From positions 5,394,001 to 5,458,000 of the forward strand of contig JAQFVV010000001.1 in NCBI GenBank assembly GCA_028023455.1: 64,000 nucleotides of DNA. The letters are read 5' to 3'. This DNA is from Epiperipatus broadwayi. Taxonomy: Eukaryota; Animalia; Onychophora. Positions 12,843 to 25,385 of the stretch are shown piece after piece. How positions within the stretch are numbered: position 1 is the stretch's first letter; each line of letters opens with the position of its first letter. The translations under genes and the position numbers were made by a program. The notes under the pieces were generated by a model. The model saw only the letters and a list, made by a program, of their open reading frames with translations. It made no database searches and was not told where the DNA came from.

Positions 12843-13569
12843 ATTAACAAATACATCCATTTTCAAAATTATTTTTTTTGATAACTATGTTTTTACAATA
12901 TTTTGTAATTCCGATTCTCTATCATAAATTTAAATTTTTTTTTATAAAACTATAGCTTAATTCATATAATTTTTACAAAATGCAGAAATTCTTTATCTTG
13001 TGGCTCCTAAAGCATGGAGGTCGAGGCTATATTATCTTTCTCATGCACCCTAGACTTAACTTGATTTTCATAAAACCATTTTTTAATCCTTCCATAATTA
13101 CTTAATATCTGTTTATTAATTACATTTTCTTTTACAAGTACAAACGTATATATTCTTTCTTTTTATGTTATACATTTTTCTTTGAAATATAAGAAACTTG
13201 CAATGAGTATTTTTGGCATCCTAGGTAAAACAAATAGTTGATGCCTTTCTTCTCCATCAGTTGATTGATTTTCAAATACAATTAATGTGGCACATTCGAA
13301 TCTTCTGTGGCTACTGATAAAATAAATTTGAAATGTTGTAAATTTGCATTAATATAATTGATATTATAAGAGCATCGTTCTCTAGGTATTTGTCTGCTAC
13401 ATTATTCTATCATTAGTGTTCTGAAAATGTGAATTTACTAAATATTTTGTATATAAAATTAATTTGGTAAAGTAAAAGACAAATAATAATATGATAGTAA
13501 ATATTAAAAATATTAGTATTAGATATTCTTGGATATGAATAAATACTTATGAATTATTATTATTTTCAG

Positions 13570-13658
13570 CTATTAAAGCAGAATTGGCAGCAGTAAAAGG
13601 AGAGATTCAAGCATATAAAGCTAATGAAAAAAAAGCGTACTCTAAAATGTTTCAATAG
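13570..13658 (+). CDS. PPID: PPID-like terminal coding exon (AIKAELAAVKGEIQAYKANEKKAYSKMFQ*)
   Basis: TTTTCAG acceptor. The phase-1 join (g|ct = Ala) is in frame with exon 2218-2260, and the TAG stop is at 13656-13658. The C-terminus resembles PPID (AIQAELLKVK...EKAVYAKMF). Confidence 0.9.
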
Positions 13659-13941
13659 CATTTTCTGTTGGACCATTTTGTGGTGATTGATATCATGTGA
13701 TTATCATTTACTGAAGTTGCAGCTACCTTGTCACATGACATTGCTTGATCATCATTGGCCATCCTGATTGTAATATTTAGGGTTTATTGAAGAAATCTGT
13801 CTGACAATAATTGATTTCATGTATATGCAATCTTATATGTTATTTAAAGGAAAAAACTGGTGAAATAAAATGTGCCTATATATATATACTTAATTATATA
13901 TATATATATGCACATACACACACATAAATGCACACATTATA

Positions 13942-14116
13942 AATAAATATATATACACACACATATGTATACCTGATACTATTGATGTGTGCATATATAT
14001 ATATATACATATCAAACATTGAAATCTGAGTACTTATTTATATATTTGTACATTAATGTGTGTGCATCTTTGCATTTTTATTGCAAACACATTATCATTT
14101 AAATTTTTTTAATAAA
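13942..14116 (+). promoter_or_regulatory. Candidate polyadenylation signals of the PPID-like 3' UTR
   Basis: AATAAA at 13942-13947 and 14111-14116, downstream of the stop codon. The hexamer is common in AT-rich DNA, so support is weak. Confidence 0.3.
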
Positions 14117-15239
14117 ATGGGTATACAAGTTAAGCCTTGATAACATCAAATGCTAGTTAGTGGTCTTCAACATTTTTCTTTTTTGTATTAACTAGATGTT
14201 TTTAATAATATGCTGTATTAATATTATAAATGCTCATTCAGGAATATCTCATTGATTAAATAATTTACTTGTTTAAAAAAAAATTAAATTTAATCATTGT
14301 TTTTAAAATTTTATATTACTTTAATGAAATTTAAGAACAACAACATATTGACATATAATGTGAAGTTAAATGAAAAATTTTAAAAAGAAATGGATTTTTT
14401 TTTTAAAAAAATAAACAATTTATTATTTATAGAGAAGGGTGAATACTTTTTCAAAATTGGAAATAATCTATAATGTGTGAAAGGGTTTTTTTTTTTTTGC
14501 TTAAAGAAAATAGTAGGGAAATAAAAAATTTTGAGCATTGATATAGAAAAGAAAACAAATAATTGTTTAAATAGTTATGATGTAATAAAGTCAACTGCCA
14601 TCTTTTTCATAATGATGAGTTTGAAAAAAAGAATCTATACTCTATTGCATCAAACTATATATTTAAATCCTGTACTTTCTCTATCTGGAAAGAGTAATGT
14701 TTGATTTTTTTGCTCCATTAAAAATCTGAAGTTTTTAATGCCTTTGTGATTTATATTAATAATAATTTTTTCTATATACACTACTATACAAATATTATTG
14801 TTTATGGATTTTGTGTTATATAACTTTTTAATCACATATTTTCTCATCTTTTTAATGCATCAACTTTTTTTTTTTTACTGATCGATAGCATTTCTATCTT
14901 ATACTTTTCCAGATCACACAATATTTTCTTTGCAATTACTATTTTCAATCTATATTTTTCATATTTTAATTCATTGTTAAATCATCTATACATATTTTTA
15001 TCTTTTTTGGAATTTATATTTTTCCATTGTTTAAATTCTACATTTAATTAAGTAATTAGCATTTGTTTTAGAACTAATGTTATCAAGAATTGAAATTTTT
15101 TCACAAGTCAGTTTTTTGCATTGGGCTTTTCCATGTTAATAAGGTTCCATCTGTACTATAAATAAATAATAAATAAAAAGCTTCAACATTAGGTTTTTTG
15201 ATTTAAGTGAATTTTATTACACTTCATTTTTGTGATCAG

Positions 15240-15790
15240 ACTATGTAGGAGATTACGACTTGAAGATAAATGATATGAGTGAAAGATTAATCAGTTTTTG
15301 TCAAGAAAATGGCATGTTAATTATGAATACATAGCTCAAAAATCACATGGGAAGATCTAAGCAACAGGAAAAATTTCAGTTCGATTATGCTTTGATACAG
15401 AGTATGTAATATAATCCTATGATTAATTATTATGTGGCACTTAAATGTCAGGTAGGACCACCGTTCCATTCAATAGATAAGATGCTTTTTTTTTTATTAC
15501 TAAAAATTGTTCCAGAAATTCTTGATTTCATCATACTCTATAATTACTTTAGGCAAATTAAAAGCAATCTTATGGTTTGTTACTCAAAGTCTTATGTAAT
15601 ATTCGAGCACCAAAATGATGAACTAAGCATGACACTTTCATTCACTTGATCAAACTGAGATATTTTTTTTTAACTTTATTCAGCTGAAAATCAATTCAAG
15701 AACTTTTTGTTCTTGAGTCTGTTATTCTGTCATTTGCATTCTGTAAGAGATATAGATTTAGATCATAATTTAGTGATGGTAGAATCAAAA
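15240..15790 (+). mobile_element. Old RTE-type LINE endonuclease relic (interrupted)
   Basis: Translates as VGDYDLKINDMSERLISFCQENGMLIMNT...QFDYALI, then DLDHNLVMVE near 15755-15785. These are decayed APE motifs. Confidence 0.55.
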
Positions 15791-18700
15791 TTATTTTAAA
15801 AAAATTCATTGGCAAATTGAGAAGGAATATTAGAGAAAACTTTATATTTATTAATTAAACAAATTTTAAAATTTTTGATTAATACAGAAAAGGCAATAAG
15901 GGCAAAAAATTATTTTGTGGTCCATTGAAATGAGATTTTAAGAAAAAGCTTGTGAAATGTTTTTTTTTTCTGGATTTCATTATATCATATAAAGTCATGG
16001 ATTTTTAGGCAAAAAGAGAGAAAAAAATTATTGGAGACTCTTTAAAGATTAAAGAGTTAAGTTGGAATAATAAAAGTAGCAATGTAAAATTGTTGAAAAG
16101 ACTAAATGAAGAAAGATTATTTATTAGAAGGCCAATTGGATTGGACATATATTCAAGATAAAATAATTCTAAAAATATATTGGATGAGGCTGTGGGATTT
16201 AAAAAAAAATGTAAAAAAAATTGATAGGTCACTTTAAAGAGAGGAATAATTTCTAATATTTTGGAATAGAGCAAAGACTGTAAAGGCTTGGAGAAAATAG
16301 TTTAGTATATGAAAGTTTTTGACAAAGAAATGACACTAATGAGACATAAGAATTTGATTATATATTCTTTTAAAATTAATTATTTTATATGGTGATTTAA
16401 GAATAAGAAATGAAAATTTACTTCAATGACTCGAACCTAATGTTGAAAGTTATTCTTTTAATTAAATTTGAACATTGTTAAGAATAAATGTGGGAAATTT
16501 TAAATAAGTTAATTGAGCATTTGTTGTGTATTTCTGTATATATACATAGATATGTATAGGAAAATTTACATGTTGATTTATATTTGTTCTCACATATTTT
16601 TGTAACAGAATCTAATTGATGAAAGTTTTTTTTTGTTTGTTTGCCAAGTGAGATTTTATTCTTTTTTTTTAATTTTTCATCTTCATTTTAACTTCTAATG
16701 GTTAAAATATTATATTACCCTATTTTGGGTTTTTCCAGTGCTGTAAATTATTATTATTTAGTACCGGTGAATTATTTTTTAAACATTACAAAAATTTGTT
16801 CCTTCAATTTTTATTAAGTTTTTGTATTCTTCCAAAAGTTGTTGTTTTTTTCTTTTTTAACACAAAGATTAAAATGCATTAAAAGCAATATTTATCAATT
16901 TGTCAAAAAAATAAAAATAACGGTAATAGGAATAATAAAGGGAAGGGGTTGTTATTATTAGTTTTTCTTCTACTTAATGTTTTACATTAATTTTATTTTT
17001 TATATTTATTCTGAAGGTGAAATTAAGTAATTTTAACTTTTACTGTATTCCAATCTTTTGTATTTAGCTGTATTTATTACAAATGTCTTAAAACAGAAAA
17101 AAACTCTTTTATTTAGGTTTTTCTACTTATCACTTGTATTTTAAAGGATTTTATCTGAGTTTTTCCCCTACTTTAAGGCAGTTTAGAAATGCTGAGTGCA
17201 TTTCTGCTTGGCGTTGAAAAATGATAGAATCTGCGATATTTTTTTTTTGTTTCACATCGATATTTATCATTTTTTTCTCTTTTCATGTTAAAAGACAAAA
17301 AAATCATCTTTTTATATATAAAGTTGGAAATAGTTTATATGAAAGATCTTGCATTTGCAGCTTTATTGAATTCTACTCAAACTGATTCTATTACCTTTCT
17401 ATTGAATAAAATCAGTTTTTCTTTCAACATTTGTATTTTTTGTCTGTATAATACAATTTGTAATATTAATAAAAATTAAAAAATATGTATTTGTTTATTA
17501 TTTGTATATTCATTTTAAACCAATAAACATCACATGACCATTTTAGTATATTACATTTGTATATTTGTGTTCGTAAAGAAAATGCAAATTTTACTTTTAA
17601 TATCTCAAAACATTGGTAAGGGCAAGTTATAATCCTTTAATTCATGAAAATGCAACATTCACCTATTTTTATTATAGAAAGTTGGATTTTTACATATATA
17701 TATATGCACACAAATATATTTGCAAGTCATAATAGAATAATAAATCCAAGTCAGTGCAAAAAAATTTTAAGAATTAGTTTTGCTTATAATTTTTTTTTAT
17801 GAATTAAGTAAAAAAAAGGCTTTGTAAAACAATAAAAGAAGGAATGAAGTATGTTGTAAAAGGCTTAACAGTAAATTAAGAAAATAAAGAGTTGAATGTT
17901 GATGGAAAGAATAAATAGATTTAATATATGATAGAATAAAACAAGCTGATAAGAAAAGAGAAACAAGTCTATTGTATTAAATGAAAGAGAAAATAAGAAA
18001 TCGTAAAGACTGTCATAGTATAGCAAATGATATTTTAAAATTGAAATGCTGAAGTCTATGAATAAAAAGTTTGATTTGGTGATAATTGTAATAACATTGT
18101 GATTGAAGAAACAGAGGTAATTCTTTAATGTAATGAATTGTGAGAATTTAAAATAAATAGTGTACTATTAAGACTTATATCAAATTAAAATAACGACTAG
18201 TCAGGTGATCAAAAACTATAATAATCAAAATTATGTAAAAAGAAAAAAAAAACGGCACTATAGAAATAACATCAGAGATTTAAGTGATGTTAAATTAAAA
18301 CAGTTTAATTGGGATTTAAAAGGAAAACAGGTATGCTTGATTATGAAAATAGTAGGAAAGTTCTTAATTAAAATAGCAAAAAAGCTTTCACAGAATTCTT
18401 TTGGTATAAAATTATATTCATTTCAGATTTTGAATTTCATGATGTTCATTGACAAATGTTCATTTTTATTTACCAAGATGCATTTAATGTGTATTTTATA
18501 AATTTCATTAGCAGATATTTTAAGAACCCTTAACATTTACTGGTGGCATTATATTTGCTTTCACTAATCGTACGAATCTATCCTAAGGTTAGAACACTTA
18601 TTGCATGCTCACTTGTTAATCTGAAGATTTTGGATTGATTAATCTGCACTTCATAATAGATATGTTTTTAGTCATTGCAAGTTCAAACTGTGCTTTGCAA

Positions 18701-18998
18701 ATTACAGAGATTCCACAGAACTAAAAAAAGAATTTAATTGTTAACATATCTGTTTATATTAGCAAAGCTTATTACTGACTATATATTACACAATTGGATC
18801 AATTGTTTTTGCTGGGCATATGATTTTTATTATTGCTTCATTCTCAGTGGGAACTGAATTTGGATTTAGGAGAGCAAAAGACAGGATGTAGATGTTATGT
18901 ATGTATCATGAAATGGAATTAAATACCAGTGTAGCAAATCGAAATTAATTTGGAATTGTGGCAGTTTTCGTAAGGTAATAATTGGATAAAGTTGATTT

Positions 18999-21624
18999 GG
19001 TTATCATCTGATCCTTCGTGTCGGCCGTGGGATGGTGCGATTTCTAACCAAAAACACATTAATATAATGTTTCCGGGCTAACAATTCTCTATTAATATTG
19101 ACTTTTTTTGTTGTTGTTGTTTACAAAGTTTACTTTCTTTCGTTTCTGAATTATTTTTCCCAAATAATATTTTTGACGATGGGATAATAATAGTTGTTTT
19201 TTTTTTATTTTTATTGACAAGAGGGTCTTTTTTGGTGTGTGTTCAAATAGTAATTTGCGGTTTTTTTAAAAATAGTATTACTGTTTTTGTAAAATTGGAT
19301 TGACAAAATTCAAGAGAGAACGGGTTTTTTTGATAGATCTTTCAATAATTTACGTTACTTTGATAGGTTTACGTTTGATTGCCGACAACAATTAGTGGGA
19401 GGAGTGTTTTTGTGTACGATTAAATAATTTACGTTACTTTTATAGGTTTACATTTGATTGCCAACAACAATTATTGGGAGAAGTGGTTTTTTTTTTCGTG
19501 TGTGTGTATGTTTAAATAAAAATTAAAGTTACTTTTATCGGTTTACATCTGATTGACAACCGATTTGACTTCCTTTCGTTTATAAATTATGGCTTTGGTT
19601 CTACAAATAAATATTTTTGACAATGGGACAATAATAGTTGTTTGTTTAATTTTTATTGACAAGAGGGTATTTTTTGGTATAGGTTCAAATAGTAATTTGG
19701 GTTACGTTTAAATAATAAGTTATGGTCTTACTTTGATTGGTTTACATTTGATTGCCAACACTAATTATTGGGAGGGGTGTTTTTTGTGTGTATGATTGTA
19801 GACAATTATTGGGAGAAGGGGTGTCACCGTTTAAAGAATAGTTTACATTACTTTTAGTGGTGGTGTACATTTGATTGCTGACAATAATTAGTGAGAGGGT
19901 GGGTGTTTTTGGGTGATGATTAAATACTAATTTACCTTTTATTTTACATTTGATTGCTGACAACAATTATTGGGAGAAAGGGGCTGTTTTTTTGTGTATG
20001 TTTAAATAAAAATTGAAGTTACTTTTATCGGTTACATTTGATTGACAACCGATTTGACTTTTTTTTTTTTCGTTCATAAATTATGGTTTTGGTTTCCCCA
20101 AAACCTAATATTTTTGACAATGGGACAATAATAGTTGTTGTTTCTTTCATTTTTATTGACAAGAGCGGGTCGTTTTTGGTGTATGTTCAAATAGTAATTT
20201 GGGTTACGTTTAAAAAATAATTGCTTTACCTTACTTTTAGTGCTTTACATTTGATTGCCGACAACAATTATTGGGAGAAAGGGTTTCGCATTTTATTTTT
20301 GATTGTGTGTATGTTTAAATCAAAATTTAAGTGACTTTTATCGGTTACCATTTGATTGATAACCGATTTGACTTTTGTTTTTTCGTTTATAAATTATTTG
20401 GGTTTTCCCAAATAATATTCGGTTTGACAATGGGACAATAATAGTTGTTTCTTTAATGTTTATTGACAAGAGCGGGTCTTTTTTGGTGTATGTTCAAATA
20501 GTAATTTGGCTTATGTTTAACTAATAATTTACGGTCTTACTTTGATTGGTTTACATTTGATTGCCGACAACAATTAGTGGGAGCATTTTTTTTCTATACG
20601 ATTAAAGAATAATTGACATTCCTTTTATTTGACCGTTTGATTGCCGATGACAACAGTTATTGGGAGAAGAGGGGTTTTTTAGGCTATGTTTAAATAAAAA
20701 TTTTAGTTACTTCTTTTATTTTACATTTGATTGCCGACAACAATTATTGGGAGAAGAAGGGATTTATGTTTAAATAAAAATTGAAGTTACTTCTTTTATT
20801 TTTGACATTTGACGAAGGCCACTTGGAATCCCTCAAATAAGCTTGCCATTACGAAGTGAACATTTCGTCGGCAACAACGAGACTTACAAATGAAAGTCAA
20901 AAGATGTTTTTGGACCTCAAATCTGCATATATTTGCCGCACAATCCAATCCTTTCAGCAGCAGGATAATTTTTTTTTTTATGCTGTAGAAATATTCCAGC
21001 GCCAGCTTCCGTGTCTGGCAATTCCCATTTTTTCAAGTTTTCAGCGTTGGAATTAGCCATCTTCTTGGTCTCGGAAAATTTCTCGCTAAAACGTGACTCA
21101 AGGTGTGATCATTAAAAATTTTATGCTACCCCACCCTAATCGAAAATTTAGGAGGCTTACAGCTTTACGAGGAACAATCACGACACTGTTAAAAGGTAAC
21201 AGTACATCAATTTGTCTTAAAAAAAAAAGGCCCCAATGAAAATTTAAATAATTTTGACACGATCAAATTAACACTCCCTTGTACGATATTGTTACATAAA
21301 ATACATAACAGCATTACAATATAGTGTGTGACACAAACAGTTATGGCATTTTCCTCTGCTTTTAGCATCGGAAAAAGCCACACCGTTAGCCACTAAGCCA
21401 AGTTAACACTTTCTAGATTTTATCGTAGAAAGAAGACTTGACTCCGAGTTAACACTCTACCTTTTAGCATAGAAGAGAAGACTTAACTCCAAGTTAACAA
21501 TCTTTCTAGGATTTATTTTAGAAAGAATGCTTAAAGGCTTGGAGCGGCCGCGGAAACGGCATATTTCTAGAAATTTAGCTAGAAATAGTGCCATCCCGCG
21601 GCTGACACGGATCAGATGACAATC
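18999..21624 (-). mobile_element. Non-autonomous Merlin-like DNA transposon, copy 1
   Basis: ~45-bp TIRs (G[G/A]TTRTCATCTGATCC..CGTGTC.GCCG...). A minus-strand transposase N-terminal relic starts at the ATG at 21060 (MANSNAENLKKWELPDTEAGAGIFLQ...CGKYMQI...CKSRCCRRKCSLRNG.LFEG), resembling Merlin N-termini as I recall them. An internal tandem array spans ~19140-20810. No clean TSD. Confidence 0.75.
19140..20810. repeat. Higher-order degenerate tandem array inside Merlin-like copy 1
   Basis: The motif TTTACATTTGATTGCCGACAACAATTATTGGGAG recurs many times. A second module (AATATTTTTGACAATGGGACAATAATAGTTG...TTTATTGACAAGAG...GTTCAAATAGTAATTTG) recurs four times, near 19160, 19610, 20110 and 20410. 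Confidence 0.9.
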
Positions 21625-21740
21625 TAAAATTTTCTATGTCTAAGAATTTATGACTGGAAAGTATATGGTTTTTTGCCAGATGTAATATTAATACTTTTGT
21701 AAATTAAAAAAAAAAAAACTTTTTCTACATGATATATTTC

Positions 21741-22350
21741 AACATGTGTGTGATCAGGTGGGTCAGCAATATGAGATGGCATGGAGAACAGGGTCGTGTA
21801 AAAGTCTTGAGTTCGAATCCCACATACATTACCTATATATATGCAGGTTTGAGCCTGTATAGTGTATTAATTTACATATTGAAACAGTGCTTTAAAGGTC
21901 TGTCCATCCCTCGCATATGTATGTAAAAATGGATTATTATTCTGTACATGAGGGCTCAGAATAACTTAATGTCAATGTGGGTAGGCTGACAACCTTGGCA
22001 CTAACGTGGGCTTTGAACAGTCTATCATCAGATTTTCAATAAAATGGAAGGCTGAAGAGTTGGAGTAGTTTGAAGCCTGTCCATTTAAGTATGAAGATTG
22101 GCTATCTTAATATAAAGCTGAGCACTGATTGTATATATGCGTGGAGATGGTAATCTGGACCAGCTGATGATTGCAGGTTTAGCATGAGATGTGTATATTG
22201 GTCATTATTTATCATTTCAATATGTGTGATCAGGTGGGTCAGCAATATGAGATGGCATGGAGAATTGAGAGTCTAGTGAAAGTCTGAGTTCAAATCCCTC
22301 ATACATTACATATATATGTGCAGGTTTAAGCCTGTACTGTATATTAATTT
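21741..22350 (+). mobile_element. ~476-bp unit (about 1.3 tandem copies) with a B-box-bearing head and a hammerhead motif; SINE/retrozyme-like
   Basis: GATCAGGTGGGTCAGCAATATGAGATGGCATGGAG starts at 21752 and again at 22228. B-box GTTCGAATCC is at 21811-21820 and the hammerhead at 22158-22203. A homologous copy lies at ~53027-53470. Confidence 0.7.
22158..22203 (+). ncRNA. Degenerate type I hammerhead ribozyme
   Basis: GACCAG-CTGATGA-TTGCAG gtt TAGCAT-GAGA-TGTGTA-TA-TTGGTC. Stem I and the CUGAUGA core are present; stem II and GAAA are mutated. Confidence 0.6.
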
Positions 22351-25289
22351 AAAGAGTAAATTATATATTTTTTTAAATCCAAAATAACAAAGATATGATT
22401 ACAAAGGAAAGTATACTTCCCAAAGTTTTGTTGGCCAGAAATTTAAGTCATAAAAATCTTATTTAAGTATAACTTTATTTTAATAATCAAACAGAATAAA
22501 AATATTCATTTATGAAAAATGTAAATCAAAAAATATTAATTGACAAAAGCTTTATTTCTAGCCAAATTAATGTTTTAAATAGTTCTGATAAAGATTTCAA
22601 GATGGCAGCATATTATACAGCTTGAAAATTATTAACTTTTGGAATGAGTCAAATTTTAATGTATTATTTATTATTGAATTTCCAATATTAAAATGGATAA
22701 TTGAAACCAAGTTAGAAAATTTATTTGCTGACATTGGAATCCATAGTATTTATTCTATTTAATAAATAAAGTGTGCCTGTAAATTTGAAAAGATTATTAG
22801 TATCCTATCCTTTATAAAGATAACTAGGATTCTGTTCTTGTAAAAACATATCACCACTATTAATAGTACATTATGTTACAATAATATATTTTTATTTTTA
22901 CAATCTGTCATCTCCTCAGACCAATCTTGATTATTCCAGGGTATTCTTCCTGTAGTTAAAAATAGTTAACCTATTTAATGACGATTACTAGATATCTAAT
23001 CAGATTGGCTGTAAATCGGTACCTTTAAGAAAAATTGTAAGTACAATCTGAAAGGTTTTTTTAAGCTTCATTTGGCTAAGATCATCAGCATGGCAGTTAG
23101 ATATGAGGCACTTACAGGATTTCTTTACCAAATATGATAATCCTAATGTAAATTACTCTTTCAATTACAGAATAATGTTAATAAGGATGCATATAGATGA
23201 AAAAGAATCTGGAATTTGATAGTATATGGTGGTTTTTTAGTTTTAGCAAATAGAAAAATTATATTCTAACTCCATGCTCAGTAACTTCTGCAAATACTAA
23301 ATTCTCTAGTCAAGTTAGTTGCAATGACAATTTATGAATTTGATTTCAAGAGAGTATGGTGAGTCCATGTAACATCATAAAGGATAATCCAATTTTATTA
23401 ATTTTTTTTTTTATTTGCTTAATATAGAGAATATACTTTTCAATAAAGATTAATAGATTGGTTAAATGAGTGTTATGGATAAGGATATATATAACTTAAT
23501 TTACTTGAGGATGAAAAAGGACAGTTTTTCATTTTCATTGCAAAAAGCAATGTAAAGTATATTCAAAATTAATTTTGCATTTAGAAAAGTATAATGCTTT
23601 GTTTGAATTTATATTCTCTGACTTGCTATTTCCACCTTTGATTAATTATTTATTATATAATACAGCTGTTTAATAACTTGGGGAAGATCTAAATTTTTTG
23701 GAGTTATTGAACAACCAAACAGTTCTGTCATTGTAGAAATTATGGCCTTGAAATTTAAATTTTTGTCAGTTTAAGGGCCTCTGTGATTGAGAAGTGTGAG
23801 GCATACATCTTGCCTGTGCAGAAATTCACTACTAGCTAGCTGCAAGGGCGATACCCTAAATGATTATCAATTTTGTATAGAACATACATGAAGACCAATC
23901 AGCTTATTCTCATCAAAACACAGCTTACATTTAGCAATTATATTTAGAGCATTAACTCATGGCAGGTATGTGTCATTGACTGGAGAGAGAAAAATAAAAT
24001 GTCATTGCTTTTAATAGAAGTGTTTAATGTAAACCTAAAGGGTAATATGATGGATACTTTGTTTGTTATACATCATTAATTTGTTAAAGCGTCAAAAGTA
24101 GGCTAAGCATATAACAGATTACTAAAATGCAGTTTCTAATCTACTTTCCGACATACGTAGATTGGATTAGATTAAAACCCATAATATTGAAACTTGAATC
24201 ATTTGTTTGAATAATATATATAAAAAAAGTAGCAACTGGTTGGTGCTTAATAGAGATGTGTACATGCCAATACCATTAATAAAGACCACCGACCAGAAAG
24301 TAGTACTAATTTAGTTGACATTAAATGGTTATTCATATATATATATGGATATAGAATAGATTTATAAAATAGATTATTGCTATTAATATCTATTCTCACC
24401 AGTTTATTTTTAGTAGATTATATAAATTAAACAATCACTCTACTATCTAAAGCAAGGTAAGCACTTGCTTCTCATCTGTTCATTCAATAAAAATATTTAT
24501 TATACTTTATTTAAAAAAATAATGTTCAAAGCAAACATTCATGAAAAAATCATTCACACATCTTGTGTATTTAATATTAAAGTCTTGTTGAAAAAAACTA
24601 TTAAGCATAGCTAAAGTTATTAAATAAAATTGAGGTACCTCTTAATATTCCAATTAAGGCATGATAGATTTTATTATAAAAATCATTTTGTTGAAGTAAT
24701 TACTATTTGGTGTCCAATCCATAATTCATTGTGGTTGAAAGTTGCAATGTTTTAAATACTTACTGTTCTAACATAGAGCATTATTCTCTGATATCAATAT
24801 ATTATAAAACATTTTGTTTAACATTAATGAAAACATAAGTTTGCTACAACTAATTAATTATATAATTGTTCACTTTATCTTTTAATATGATACATATTGT
24901 TTGTTATAACATTTTATAACCACATTTAAGGATATTACAATAGTTAATGGAATTCAGCTAAATATTCTGAAAAAAAAAAGAAGCAATTATTAATAATTTT
25001 AAATAATAACCTATTATAAGTTCTGCAAAATAAATAAAATTTCTATTTATTCTGCAAAAACTCAATCCTTGCAATCATATATTTTCTTCATTATGTACTT
25101 TCTCAAAATTATTGATCTTTCTTCAGATATTTCATTGCTAAGGTCATTCATTACATATGTTGAAATCTATTTGGATTATCTTAATGACCACTTGAATATA
25201 TATTTCAAACTTTCACACAAATATGTATATAATGAAATTAAAATTCTGATTTCTGAATTATTTTTTTAAAAAAAAAAAACAACTTAAGC

Positions 25290-25385
25290 TTTTTTTTCCT
25301 ATGTCATAGCATCGTCCGGACGCGAACCCACAACCGTTTGCAACCAACTATTTGCTTGCAAGGTATGAAACATTGCATTCCACAT
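25290..25385 (-). mobile_element. Short tRNA-derived SINE-like element
   Basis: The minus strand contains CCTTGCAAGC...GGGTTCGCGTCCGGACGATGCTATGACATAGG-A8. It shares the B-box and the GATGCTATGACA + poly(A) tail with 59001-59100. Confidence 0.45.

Noticed and set aside
10302-12856. Minus-strand ORFs over the RTE
   Set aside because: They are antisense shadows of the RTE coding frame with no recognisable motifs.
19140-20810. CRISPR-like array (conserved ~34-bp motif with variable spacers)
   Set aside because: The spacers are related to each other, vary widely in length and repeat in a higher-order pattern. There are no cas genes, the context is eukaryotic, and the array lies inside a TIR element.
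22000-22035. Antisense hammerhead (minus-strand CTGATGA in both copies of the 476-bp unit, also ~53140-53175)
   Set aside because: No consistent stem II or stem I pairing, and no GAAA in either copy.
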